Positions 1-11,220 of a stretch of DNA of 64,000 nt are shown one piece after another. The stretch covers positions 292,268,001 through 292,332,000 of the forward strand of contig NC_067402.1 in NCBI RefSeq assembly GCF_016432865.1, written 5' to 3'. Origin of the DNA: Antechinus flavipes (Eukaryota). The stretch's first letter is position 1; the number at the start of each line of letters is the position of its first letter. The notes under the pieces were generated by a model. That model ran no database searches, was not told the origin of the DNA, and worked only from the letters and a program-made list of their open reading frames with translations. Made by a program: the position numbers and the translations under genes.

Positions 1-619
1 TTATTGGGTGAAAATCATGGGGGGAGGGCACTTGGGCTCTAGCACAAAACCATAGAGAAATGAGAGGGGCAAGGGCCGCAGTCCTAGGAGAGGTGGCAGA
101 GCCTTTGTCAGGGAGGGCAGGAGACGCAGCCAGCCAGATGCCTTCTGCGGGGCCCCACCCCCAGGGATGGCATGGCAGGTGGCATCTGTGCCCTAGCCAG
201 TCACCCGCCAGCTGGCACATCGCCTCAACTTGCTGCTGAGCAATTGGTATCGATAGCACTTTCTGCAAAATGCCCCGTCCTCTCCCCACTTTGTAATTTC
301 TGGCCCCTGGACATAGCCACTAGACCTGGAGCCAGCATGACTTGGATTCAAATCCTGCTTCAGATAGTTAATCATTCTGTGATTCTGGGCAGGTTGTTGA
401 GTGCCTAAGTGTCTCCATCTGTAAAATGAGGGGCTCGAGCTGGATGGCCTCAAAGGCGGTCTCCGGCTCCATTTTGAGTTTGCCTCGTTCATTTTCCTGT
501 TGCTGAAACGGCCTGGGCTCCTTCCCTGAGGCTCCCGGCTCTGCCCCCTCTGGGCAGCTGACTTGGAAGCCGGACCCCCGGGGCCGCCCCCTCCTAATAG
601 CCCTGTCTGGTCATTGCAG

Positions 620-777
620 TTCAGGCGACCTGGATGGCCTATGACATGGTGGTGATGCGCACCAACCCTGCCTTGGCGGACTCCATGCGGCGACTGGAAG
701 ATGCCTTCTTGAACTGCAAGGAGGAGATGGAGAAGAACTGGCAAGAACTGCTTAACGAAACCAAGCCCAAGCAATAG
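620..777 (+). CDS. SYCE3: Synaptonemal complex central element protein 3, last coding exon (upstream exon is outside the window)
   Basis: Acceptor ttgcag| at 619. Translates (V)QATWMAYDMVVMRTNPALADSMRRLEDAFLNCKEEMEKNWQELLNETKPKQ*, nearly identical to the recalled mammalian SYCE3 C-terminal half. TAG at 775-777. Syntenic position next to KLHDC7B. Confidence 0.95.
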
Positions 778-1014
778 GCCATTCCCTCCAGGCCCCCTCC
801 CTGCGCCTCCGGGACCCAGACACCTCGAGAGGAGAATTGGGCCCTAGTTGGCTGAGAAGTAGACACCCCAATATATAGATGTACATACATAAGTGCTCAC
901 TGCCCAATGAAGGTATTTTCAAGCACACACCGGGCTCCGGCTCTCTTTTGCGCGTTTGTCGCCTGTCTAAGGCCACACACAGGACACGGATACTGGAGCT
1001 TTCAGCAGCCGGGA

Positions 1015-1020
1015 TTTATT
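1015..1020 (-). terminator. Polyadenylation signal AATAAA, probably for KLHDC7B
   Basis: tttatt on + strand, about 540 nt downstream of the KLHDC7B stop. Confidence 0.65.
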
Positions 1021-1556
1021 TGTGCCGGGCCAGGCTTGGGAGGAGGACAGACAGACACAGGGGCAGAAAGGGCCTGGGGTGGGGGGAGCAGGTCCCTGCG
1101 TTCGGTGACTGTTCTGCAGCCCAGGCCCCCAGGCTCCCCTTTCAGATCCTTCATCCCTCGGGTTGTAAAGGGAGGCCAGAAGTGAAAACCAGACATGGGG
1201 AGGGGGAGACCCCACAGAGCTGACCACAAAGGGCAGCCCAAAGCGGGGATTCCCATGGAGACCCCGGGCCTGCCCTCCGGCTACAGGACGGCCTCCTCCC
1301 TGCCCTTATTCTGGGAGCCTCTTATCCAAGAAATTGAGGCTCTGGAGGAGCAGAGACGGCTTGTGTCATTAGACTCAGACCCGGCCGCCTTCCCCGGGTC
1401 CCCTGAGCGGCCCTGGCACCCGAGGCACCGAGGAGGAGACACCAGGTGGGGGCATTTCAGGATGCTTGGGGAGGAAGATTTCTAAGCACTCGGGGGGGGG
1501 GGGATCCCGGGTCCTCACGGGGCTCGCCACCCATGCAGCAGGATTTTCTATCGGGC

Positions 1557-4500
1557 TTACAGTGGGGTCTGTAGTGGGGACGGGGCGGGGAGTGTCAGGG
1601 TGAAGGGGCAGAGAACGCCCTTCCCCCCCATAGGGAAGGGCTTCAGCTGGCGAGCCTCGAACTGCGCCGTTCCCTCGGACACAGTGAAGGTGGCCGTGAC
1701 CTGCTGGTTGAGGCAGTAGATGGTGTTCCCCAGGACCGCACATCGGAGCGGGATGGGCTCCGGAAGGGGCAGGGGGGCGGCCTGGCTCCAGGACCCCGTG
1801 ACCGTGTTGTAGCGCATCACGGCGGCGCCGACCCCGCGCAGCAGGTCAAAGCGGTACAGGAAGCCGCCCAGTGCCACCATGTCGCTGGAGCGCCGGTGGC
1901 TGGCACTGTAGGGGCACTCGGCCCAGCAGTCCTGCGGGGGGCTGTACTTGAGCAAGCGGTAGAAGAGGTGGCCCCCCGTGACATAGATGTCCCCCCGGCA
2001 GGCCACGGCCTCGTGGGCCACGGGAAAGGTGCCCGCGGGGAGAGGGGCGCGCGAGGTCCAGTGGTCGGTGCGAGGGTCGTAGCACTCCATGCTGTAGAGA
2101 CACTCCCCCCCGATGGCGTAGAGAAGCCCCTCCAGGGCCACCAGCTTGAGCTGGGCGCGGGCCTGCAGCATGGGCCGGACCTGGGTCCAGATGTCGGTCA
2201 GCGGGTTGTAGCAGAAGACCTCGTTGGTGCAGACGGCCCCGGGCCCCGAGCCCCTGATGCCCCCGGCCAGGAACAGGTAGTTGTGCATGGTGCACAGGCC
2301 ACAGCCCCGCAGCGGGGCCTCCTCGGGCACGAGGGCCAGGGGCAGCCACACGTTTCTGCCAGGCTCGAACATGTGCAGGTACGTGCGGGCCGCCGGCCCC
2401 GAGGGGGCCGCCGGGGGCTCCGCCGCTTGGGACCCCCCCGCCAAGCCCGGCCGGCCCCCCCCGTAGGCGCTGGGCAGCACGAGCACCCCCAGCACGGCCT
2501 GGCCCCGGGCGCTCCGCAGGGCCAGGATCCGCTCGCGGTCCCCCGCGCCGAGCTGCCGGTAGAGCGGGGCGTCACCCAGCACCAGGAGGAAGTTGTCGCT
2601 CATGAGGGCGTAGACCTCCTCGGCCAGGGCCAGCTCGCCGTGCTGCTGGGCGAAGGCCAGGGCTTCCACGCAGCTGCCCAGGTCCAGGTGCCGCCGCAGG
2701 GCCGCCACGGCGCCCGGGAGGTCCTCGGGGGGGTGGCTGGGCTTGCGCTGCCCTTCCACCGTGCCCCAGGTCCCGGGGCGCCTCAGGAAGGCCATCAGCT
2801 GGCTGTCCTGGAGCTGCCTTTCGGAGAGGGGGGCTACCAGCCCCGCGGGGGTCTCCCTCTGGGAGGGGGCCGCCGGGCTCACCTTCTGAGCCAGGCTGTC
2901 GGCCATCTGGCAGATGCTGCGCTTCCGGGGCCGCGGTGCAGGCTGGCCGTCGGGCACGGCCTCTCGGGGGGCCGCTTCCTCTCGGGGGGCCGCTGCCTCC
3001 GGCTTCCTTTCCCCCGGGTGGCCAGGGGGCTCCGGGGGAGGGGAGGGCCCCCGGGTGACACTCTGGACCTCCGCTTCCGCCATGCTTTTCTCCTCCACTT
3101 GGGCCCCACTCAGGCCCCGGGGGTCGCTCGGAAGGGGCGCTGCTGGGGCTTCCAACCTTTCCGAGGGTGGGGGGGCTCTAACCTGGGCCTGCGGCTCCTT
3201 AACCCCTCCCTTTCCCCCCGGAGTGAGCTCCCCTGGCTCGCTGCTTGGGGAGGGCCCGGCCGCAGAACCCAAACCCTCTGCGGGGCTGGTCCGAGCCGCC
3301 TCCCCCGGGGCCTTCTCCGGGCTGGGGAAGGGATGGCTCCGCAAGACCATGGAAATGAGGTTTCCCCAACTGCCGCTGGGTCCTGGGGGCAGGGCCCTGA
3401 CGGACTGGCCCCTGGGGCTTGGGTCTGGGGCTGGAGACGCTGCTGTCACTGTCGGACTTTCAACCCCCGGAGGGCTCCTGACAGCTGGGGCAAGGCTCCC
3501 AGGTGGCAGATCCTTGGGCAGTGAGGCAGGGGCAGTGGGAGCTGAAGGCAGGTGTTCTGGGGGTGCAGGGGCTGAGGTTGGGGACCCTGAGGGTGGAGGG
3601 GATGAGGTTGGGGACCCTGAGAGTGGAGGGCCTGGGGATGGGGACCCTGAGGGTGCAGGGGCTGAGGATGGGGACCCTGAGGGTAGAGGGCCTGGGGATG
3701 GGGACCCTGAGGTTGCAGGGGCTGAGGATGGGGACCCTGAGGGTGGAGGGCCTGGGGATGGGGACCCTGAGGGTGCAGGGGCTGAGGAGGAAGACACAGT
3801 AGCTATAGGAGCTGAAGTCGGAGACCCTGAGGGAGCAGGGACTGAGATCGGAGACTCTGAGGGTGCAGTGGCTGAGGTCAAAGATCCAGAGGATACAGAG
3901 GTTAAAGATGGGAACCCAGAGGGTGCAGGGGCTGAGGAAGGTGACACCATGGATACAGGGGCTGAGGACAAGGACCCTGAGGTTGTAGGAGCTGAGGTCA
4001 AGGACCCTGGAGATGCTGGGGATAAAGTTGGAGACGCTGGGAGTACAGGGGCTGAGGTAAGGGACCCTGTAGGTGCAGGGACTGGGGAGGGGGATCTTTG
4101 GGGTACATGAATTGAGGATGGGGACCCTTTGGGTATAGGAGCTGAGGACAGGGACTCTGGGGATGCAGGGGCCGGGGCCGGGGCTCCTGTGGATGCAGGG
4201 ACGGGGGCTGGGGACCCTGTGGATTCAGGGGCCAGGGAGGTGGGCCCTTTGGGTACAGGAACTGAGGATGGGGACTCTTTGGGTGAAGGAGCAGAGGACA
4301 GGGGCGTTTGGGACAGAGACACTGTCGGTATAGGGGTTGAGGTCAAAGACCCTGAGGGTGCTGGGGCTAAGACTGGAGACCCTTTAAGTACAGGAGCTGA
4401 GGCTAGAGACCCTGTGGGTGCAGGAGTTGAGGTCAGAGACCCTGTGGGTGCAGAGGTCAAGGTCAGAGACCCTGTGGGTGCAGGGGTCGAGGTTAGAGAT

Positions 4501-6146
4501 ATTGTGGGTGCAGGAGTTGAGGTCAGAGACCCTGTGGGTGCAGAGGTTGAGGTCAGAGACCCTGTGGTTGCAGGGGCAGAGGTCAGATACACTGTGAGTG
4601 CAGTCTCTGTGGGTTCAGGGACTGAGGGAGGAGAAGTGACAGAAGTTAGGGACCCTAGGGTCCTGCGGGCTCTGGGAGAAGGACCTGAAGAAGAGGATGA
4701 GCTCAACCCAGGACCCTTCTGGATAATGGGGGCATTTTCTTGAGCCTGGATATCGCCAGCTCCTCCCTCAGTGCATGGAAGAGTATTCTCAGGCCCCTTC
4801 TTGACCCTACTCCCCGGCTCTGATGCAACTAGAGGCGCTAAACCTGGGGAGGTACTAGGAAACTGGGGGTCCTGGGCTGGGCTCGTGCCCTCTGGGGAGG
4901 CAGGGGTCGGGACTGGTCCCTTCCTCTCTTCCTTGGGATCTGGAGAGACCTGCCTGGGAGCTGGGACAGGCTCAGGGGTCTCCTTCCTGATGGGCAGTGT
5001 GGACCCTGCGCTATAACCCTCCAGCTGCCGGATCAGGGCGTTGGGCGGCCGGCTAAAGCTGCTGGTTATCAGGAGTTCTCTCTCCTTCCAGGGCCACCTC
5101 TCCTCCGGGTCCGGGGCCACAGCTTGGGCGGGGGCCCACACGGCAAGGCTGGGGGCACCCGCTGCTGGCAGCTCCGTCCCCCCAGGGCTGGGCCCTCCCC
5201 CTCCTGACTTCCTGTCTGCTCCCCCTTGAACAGTTGGGGCTAGCTGGGCTCCCGAGGCCAGGAAGATGGGCCCTCCCCCCCCACCGCTCCTCGAGGCCGT
5301 ATCTCGGGGGCTCCCGGCCGGGGGGCCCCACTTCTCATCAGGTGCAGGGCCAGCGGGAGCGTCTGTTGGAGCCGAGAATCTGGTGCCCGGGGCCTGGGAC
5401 AGGAGCCCGCCAAGCAGCGGGTCCCCGGCAGCGAGGGAGCTTCCCGCATCAATGGCGTCCCACACACTCACCACCGTACCCAGGCTGAAGGGGTCCGGCC
5501 CCGGCCCTCGAACTCGGCTCCTGCTTCTGGGACTGGGCGCCCCCTCCTGCCGCCCGTTGTCCGGCTTCTCTTCGGGTGGGGGGCGCCCCGAGCCTCCAAG
5601 CCCCCCCTCACTCCAAGGGTCCGGGTGCCTCGGGGTGAAATGTATCAGGAGGGGGCCTGGCCCTGGCCCAGCTCCAGCTCTGCTCTGCGGGCGAAGGGGC
5701 GCCTGGGAGCCATCTCCAGGCTGCTTTGGAGGGGCCACCCTGGAAGTTATCTTGGGTGCTCTGGCCGGGGGAGTGGCCCGTGGGCCCGGGCCTCCATCTG
5801 GGCTCCCGGGAGTCGCGGGGTCTTGGGGGCCTCTTCCAGGCCGCTCCTTGGGGCCGGGCGCCAGGGGGCCCGACGGTGTCTCGGGGGCCTCGGTCTCCTG
5901 GTCCTGGCAACTGAGCCTGGCCTTCGGGGCGGGGGCCTGGGCCGTCTTCCCGTCCCGGGGACTCTGGGTCTGGCCAGACTCCGGGCTCTGCTTGGCCACG
6001 TCCTTGTCTTGCTCGGACCCAGATCCTAACCAGTGCAGGGCCAAGGCGGTGGCGGCCACCACGGCCAGTGCCAGCATGGCCTGGGCCAAAGTCAGGGCCA
6101 CCGAGTCCTCCCCGTCGCCGTCCGCCTCGGAGAAGCTCAGGGCCAT
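1557..6146 (-). CDS. KLHDC7B: Kelch domain-containing protein 7B, intronless, 1529 aa: N-terminal TM anchor, long Pro/Ser/Thr-rich region, BACK-like segment, kelch repeats
   Basis: ATG in strong Kozak context (AGGATGG). Blocks matching recalled human KLHDC7B: LALAVVAATALALHW, PLLIHFTPR, SWGNLISMVLRSHPFP, LDLGSCVEALAFAQQHGE, GCGLCTMHNYLFLAGGIRGSG, LYAIGGECLYSMECYDPRTD, C-terminal LQTPL*. Syntenic. Confidence 0.95.
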   Translation of the reverse strand: MALSFSEADGDGEDSVALTLAQAMLALAVVAATALALHWLGSGSEQDKDVAKQSPESGQTQSPRDGKTAQAPAPKARLSCQDQETEAPETPSGPLAPGPKERPGRGPQDPATPGSPDGGPGPRATPPARAPKITSRVAPPKQPGDGSQAPLRPQSRAGAGPGPGPLLIHFTPRHPDPWSEGGLGGSGRPPPEEKPDNGRQEGAPSPRSRSRVRGPGPDPFSLGTVVSVWDAIDAGSSLAAGDPLLGGLLSQAPGTRFSAPTDAPAGPAPDEKWGPPAGSPRDTASRSGGGGGPIFLASGAQLAPTVQGGADRKSGGGGPSPGGTELPAAGAPSLAVWAPAQAVAPDPEERWPWKERELLITSSFSRPPNALIRQLEGYSAGSTLPIRKETPEPVPAPRQVSPDPKEERKGPVPTPASPEGTSPAQDPQFPSTSPGLAPLVASEPGSRVKKGPENTLPCTEGGAGDIQAQENAPIIQKGPGLSSSSSSGPSPRARRTLGSLTSVTSPPSVPEPTETALTVYLTSAPATTGSLTSTSAPTGSLTSTPAPTISLTSTPAPTGSLTLTSAPTGSLTSTPAPTGSLASAPVLKGSPVLAPAPSGSLTSTPIPTVSLSQTPLSSAPSPKESPSSVPVPKGPTSLAPESTGSPAPVPASTGAPAPAPASPESLSSAPIPKGSPSSIHVPQRSPSPVPAPTGSLTSAPVLPASPTLSPASPGSLTSAPTTSGSLSSAPVSMVSPSSAPAPSGFPSLTSVSSGSLTSATAPSESPISVPAPSGSPTSAPIATVSSSSAPAPSGSPSPGPPPSGSPSSAPATSGSPSPGPLPSGSPSSAPAPSGSPSPGPPLSGSPTSSPPPSGSPTSAPAPPEHLPSAPTAPASLPKDLPPGSLAPAVRSPPGVESPTVTAASPAPDPSPRGQSVRALPPGPSGSWGNLISMVLRSHPFPSPEKAPGEAARTSPAEGLGSAAGPSPSSEPGELTPGGKGGVKEPQAQVRAPPPSERLEAPAAPLPSDPRGLSGAQVEEKSMAEAEVQSVTRGPSPPPEPPGHPGERKPEAAAPREEAAPREAVPDGQPAPRPRKRSICQMADSLAQKVSPAAPSQRETPAGLVAPLSERQLQDSQLMAFLRRPGTWGTVEGQRKPSHPPEDLPGAVAALRRHLDLGSCVEALAFAQQHGELALAEEVYALMSDNFLLVLGDAPLYRQLGAGDRERILALRSARGQAVLGVLVLPSAYGGGRPGLAGGSQAAEPPAAPSGPAARTYLHMFEPGRNVWLPLALVPEEAPLRGCGLCTMHNYLFLAGGIRGSGPGAVCTNEVFCYNPLTDIWTQVRPMLQARAQLKLVALEGLLYAIGGECLYSMECYDPRTDHWTSRAPLPAGTFPVAHEAVACRGDIYVTGGHLFYRLLKYSPPQDCWAECPYSASHRRSSDMVALGGFLYRFDLLRGVGAAVMRYNTVTGSWSQAAPLPLPEPIPLRCAVLGNTIYCLNQQVTATFTVSEGTAQFEARQLKPFPMGGKGVLCPFTLTLPAPSPLQTPL
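3565..4640 (-). repeat. Coding tandem repeat, 30-bp (10-aa) unit, about 35 degenerate copies inside KLHDC7B
   Basis: + strand units such as gggtgcaggggctgaggatggggaccctga and gtgggtgcaggagttgaggtcagagaccct. They encode PAPSGSPSSA, PPPSGSPSPG and SLTSTPAPTG. Confidence 0.9.
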
Positions 6147-7771
6147 CCTGCTGGGCTCAGGCCCCAGCCCCAGCAGCCGGAGCCCAAAGGTGGGGAGGCA
6201 GGGGGACCGAGGTGGCTGGGCGTCTGTCTCCCCTATCTGTGCCTCAGACCGCCGCGGCCTGGTGTGATCGCAGGTGGATGGCCGCAGCCTGGAGTCCCCG
6301 CCAGCCCCTCCCGCCGTTAAGGTGGCCCTGGGGGCCCGGGAAGGGGAGATGGATGAGGAGAGGACGGAGACCTTGAGGGGCCCCTGCCCGGGCGGGCGCA
6401 GAGGTGTTTGGGGCTGGGTATGATGGGAAGCGAGGGGTGGGGAGCTTTAAGGAGAATGGGGGCACATGGGAAAGGGCTGGGGAGGAGACTGTTAAGCTCC
6501 TGGGAGACATGATCTTAAGCTATTCGATGAGGCAGAAACCTGAGTTATCAGAAACCCGAGTCTGTTCCACTGGGGCCGGGGGGGCCTGGAAGGAGGAACA
6601 CCAGGTCCTCGCTCCCCCAGCCACCACTTACACCATCCGAGAGCTTCTGCCTCCCTCGGTGCCCTGACCCCGTCCTCGAGTCCCACGTCCCTGCCCCGCG
6701 CCCCCGAGGGGTTGGAGCCCGTGGTGAGAGTAGGGGAGGGGTCTGCGGCAGCCATGGCTACCACAGCAAGGACCCAGCCCAGTCGGGTTCTCGGGGCTGG
6801 AGAAGGGAGAGCAGCCGGGCCGGGGGCAGTCAGGGGCCTGCTCCCGGGGAGATATCCGTCCCTCGGCCTCCGAGCTGGCAACTCCCTCCCCTTCCCCTGC
6901 TCTCTGGCCCCCTACCCGTCCTGCCCCATCCCCGCTCGGTACAGGCACATGAGCACATTGCCGGGGCTATTCCCAAAGGGAAAAGTGGGAGACAGAGCAT
7001 CAGGGAAATGCCATTCTCTGTCCCAGGTCCTGAACCTTAGCCCGACTCCCGTGGCCTCCCCTGGATGCTGATGGCCAGGACCCGGACCCTGACGTCAGAG
7101 TAGCAGGGCCCTGCTGACTGCTGGCTCTGGGTCAGTCTGAGCCATTGTCGAGGGGGGAGGCTCTGGGGAAGGGGCCCATACTCCTGGCCTCCCCAGTGCT
7201 GACCAGCTGCCACCTGGGGGCCATGAGCCCCAGCCCCAGGAACAGCGGGACCCCCGCCTCCCAGCACTCTCAGCCCAACCCCCGCAGACCCTGACTGCGC
7301 CAGGGAGCGACCCCCAGCCTCGCAGCTGCCCCCTGGGAATGCGGGTACCGAGGGCCAGGGAAGGCCCCGGCCAAAATCATCGGCCCTGTCCGGTGGTCCG
7401 GCCTGAGAAATGGGTGGGATCAGCAGGGGGAAGGACGCTCCGGACGAGGCTGCAGCATCCGCTTTGCTGCCGCCCAGAAGGCTCAGGGGACCTTTGCATC
7501 TGGCTTGCTGTGGAAGGGGAGCTCCTGGAGGGTGGGGTCAGTGTTACTGTAGCCTCTGCATCCCCAGTGCCTAGCAGTGTGCTGGATACATAGTAAGCAC
7601 TTAACAAATGTATCCTTCCTCCATCCACTCATTCATCTTTTCCTCTGACGCCTGAGGCAAGTGGGAATGGGGAAGAGCCTTGGTTGGCTAAGAGGGACTG
7701 GGGTAATTCATCAAACCAATGATCTGGGGACAGAGTTGGGGGGAGCAGGAGTTCTTGAGGACCTTATTCTC

Positions 7772-8138
7772 TCTCTTTTTATTAAAGCTTTTTATTTTCA
7801 AAACATATGCATGGATAAAAATCAACATTCACTCTTGCAAAACCTTCCAAATTTTTTCCTCCTTTCCCCCATCCCGTCCCCTAGATGGCAAGTAATCCAA
7901 TGTGTTAAAACATATGCAATTCTTCTATACATGTTTTCCCAATGATCGTGCTGCACAAGAAAAATCAGATCAAAAAGGAAAAAAAAAATGAGTAAGAAAA
8001 CAAAATGCAAACAAACAACAAAAAGAGTAAGAACGCTATGATGTGGCCCACACTCAGCTCCCACAGAACTCTCTGGGTGCAGATGGCATCCTCCATCACA
8101 AGACCACTGGGACTGGCCTGGCATTGTTAAGAGCCATG
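7772..8138 (-). mobile_element. 5'-truncated marsupial L1 3' end
   Basis: Poly-T start plus typical L1 3'UTR (ctagatggcaagtaatcc). 15-bp TSD GAGGACCTTATTCTC at 7757-7771 and 8139-8153. Confidence 0.85.
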
Positions 8139-10454
8139 GAGGACCTTATTCTCAAAGCCAAGAGACATAGGAAGCAGGAGAGACCCCAGAATATAGAGAA
8201 GGGAGGAGAGGGAGAGATCCAGAGGAGGACGGACAGAGGGGAGCCAACGAGAATGACGCGAACAACCAATGTTGAAGAATCAGGGAGCGGGGGGCTGGCC
8301 ATGACCTCAAGAGTTTATGACCTGCCAGAGTCTGAAGAGCATCTGGATGCTGTGGTAGATAAAGCACTGATGTCTTCAAGACAAGAAGACCCGTGTTCGC
8401 ATCCAGCTTCAGATCATTGCTAACCAGGTAACCTGAGGCAAGGCAAGTAATTTGTTTGCCTCAGTTTCCTTAACTGTAGCCCCTACCTCCCAGGACTGTT
8501 GCGAGGACTGACCGAGATACTATTTGTAAGTCGTGGCAGACCTTAGCTGTTATTAATACTTGTATTGCTCTGTTGCCTTACTTTTTCCTGGTGAATAAAC
8601 CCAGAAGAGGTGTTCATGGCAGTTGGAGGCTGCAGCTGGGGGAGAAGGGACAGACCGGGCAGAGGCCAGTCCAGTTGCTGCAATGATAGGAGAAGGGAAA
8701 CGATGGGGGACTAGGGATATGTTTTCTGCTGAGACTGGGGGAAGGATGATGTCATGGCCCTGACAGGAAAAGCCTCAGGAGGAGCTAGCTGAGAATTTGC
8801 CCCCAGAGCTGGTGACTAGGAAGAGAAGAAGGCTCAGTTTCCCCCGATTCTGGACCCTTCCCCCTCTCAGCAGCCAGTAGGGCAAGGCCAGGGCTAAGAC
8901 TCATTGGAGTCTCCAGGGCTTCAGCGTCTTCCCCAGTTTAAGCTGAACCCTTCCCCTCCCCTACTCCTAATTCTGGCCCACTGCCTCTCCTCTGTTATCA
9001 CTAGGACAATCTGGTAACCCTACACAGGGCAGCCTCTTCTTCCAGGAAGCCTGCCAGCCTGGGGAAACCATCTGAGCCAAGAGCTGCCCCCTCCACCACC
9101 TCCACCCCTCACCTCTCTGGGTTCTGGGATGGTAACTGTAGGGGCCTGCCGTGGGGTGGTTAGCCAGGCCAAGCCCAGCTGGGGATCTCCACACAAGGGG
9201 CCACTCGCTTCGAGATCTGACTCCCCGTCCCTTCTGCCTCCTGCCTAACTTATAGAAAGAAAAGATCTCATCTATTAAGAACAGAGACTTGCCTCTCAGC
9301 CTGCTGTGATCTGGGAAGCTCCCTCCCCCCAGCCTCCCTAACTATAAAATGAAGGGATTGAACTAGATAATCTCGAAGGTCCCATCCAGCCATGGACCTA
9401 TGATCCGGAAGCACTCACCTACCCACCCCACATCTGAAGGAGAACTGAGATGTAGGTGAGGTTCCTCACCAGTATGGCAGCTAACTCCTGCCCATGAAAT
9501 CTTGAAAAAGTCCCTTCTGTCTAGACCTCAGTTTCCCTAACTGTAAAATAGGGTAAGTTTGGAAGGAGTAAGGGCTTCTCTAAAATCTCCAGCTCTAACA
9601 TTTGATACAACTTCAAAGTCATAATCGCTGGAGCGAAAGCAATCTTCATGGAATCTTCAATGGAATTGAAAGGAGGAAGGAGAGAAAGAGAAGGATGATG
9701 AAATTATTGGGACTGGAGAATGTCCAACAGACAGGACAGAGCCCAGCCCATGAGAACATCTCTTCTCTCACCTCCAGTATAGAAGAATTGGAAGACCACA
9801 GGAAGCTCCAGAACCCAGGTGTCCAAGGAATCCCAAGACTCGGGGAGGAGGATGCTAATTTTTTTTTTGGGGGGGGAGGACTGTAATGAAGAGTAGAAAG
9901 GGCTAGTCAGAATGTGACCCAAAAGGGATAAGGTAAAGAGAAGAGCATTTAAAAATACTTAGAAGAGAACAGAAGGCAGTTCAAATAAGCAATCCTACAT
10001 ATTGAATTTAATTTGTATTTATCCTGTCACTAGTATCTTCCCTTTGAAATTACCTTTCATTTATACGACACATCTGGCATGTATATAATTATTCATACAC
10101 TGTCTCCCCATTAGAGCTCCTCAAGAGCAAGGATTATTTTTCCTTTTTTTTATACCCAGCACTTAGGACAATGTCTGACATGTACTAGGTGCTTAATAAA
10201 TGCTGATCGATTTTTGAATGTCTGACTGTAATAGAGGTTCTTTGTATATGAAAATGTGCGAGTTTGTTGATGTTTTAAACATTCATAAATAGGAAAAAGA
10301 ATTTTCAAAATAAATTTTAATGTAAAATTAATATAAAATTAGAATGTAAATTTATTAATTTTTTAAAAATTAATTTTTTCACCAACAGGTAGAATTTTCC
10401 TTTTCTGTTTATATGTGTGTATACATATACACATGTGATTTATTTTTCAGTGAT

Positions 10455-10875
10455 ATCTGGCTCTTTGTGAGTCCATTTAAGGTTTTCTTGGCAAAGATAC
10501 TAGAGTGATTTGCTATTTAGTTCTCCAGCTCATTTTGCAGATAACAAAATTGAAACCAAAAAAAAAAGACTTAAGTGACTTGCCCAGAATCACACAGCTA
10601 GTAAGTGTCTGAGATTATATTTGAACTCAGGAAGATGAGTCTTCCTGAGATCAGGCTCAGCAGTCTATCCACTGTACCACTTAGCAACCCTATATTTACA
10701 TTTGGTGGTGGTGGTGGCCAACTCTGTGAACCCCTTTGGGGTTTTCTTGGCAAAGACACTAGAGTGTTTGCCATTTCCTTCTTCAGCTCATTTTATAGAT
10801 GAAGAACTGAGACAAATAGGGTTAAGTGACTGGCCCAAAGTGACATAGCTAGTCAGTGTCTGAGGTTTGAACTCA
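10455..10875 (-). mobile_element. Two MAR1/MIR-family CORE-SINE copies
   Basis: ggttttcttggcaaagatactagagtg...ttctccagctcattttgcagat...aagtgacttgccc...cacacagctagtaagtgtctgag, present twice. Confidence 0.75.
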
Positions 10876-10956
10876 TTTCTCTGCCTGGAAATGACTTATA
10901 GTACTCTATATAGATGTATGGAAATTTCCATTTTACTAAGTGTTTAAATTCAAAGT

Positions 10957-10961
<5 letters not shown>

Positions 10962-11025
<64 letters not shown>

Positions 11026-11047
11026 TATATATTTTTTTTTTTTTTTT
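10962..11047. repeat. (AT)n microsatellite followed by poly-T
   Basis: Read directly from the sequence. Confidence 0.95.
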
Positions 11048-11220
11048 CTAAAGAACTCATCAGTTTTGAGGGAAGAAGGCAGGGAGAAGAGAATAGGATA
11101 ATTCCAAATTGCAATTCTGGATGGCTGGAAAGATGGTGATGTCCGCCACATAGATGAGGAAATTTGGGGGCATTTATTTTCAAGGAGAGTCCAGTTTGGA
11201 GTATGTTGAGTCAGAGGTAC

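Noticed and set aside
1245-1254. Perfect NF-kB site GGGGATTCCC in the KLHDC7B 3'UTR
   Set aside because: The degenerate kB consensus is expected many times by chance in 64 kb of GC-rich DNA, and the context is not promoter-like.
1896-4743. Long + strand ORFs antisense to KLHDC7B (542, 398 and 204 aa; GAGAEDGDPE repeats)
   Set aside because: Shadow ORFs expected from a GC-rich coding strand with 30-bp stop-free repeats. No independent promoter, splice or homology support.
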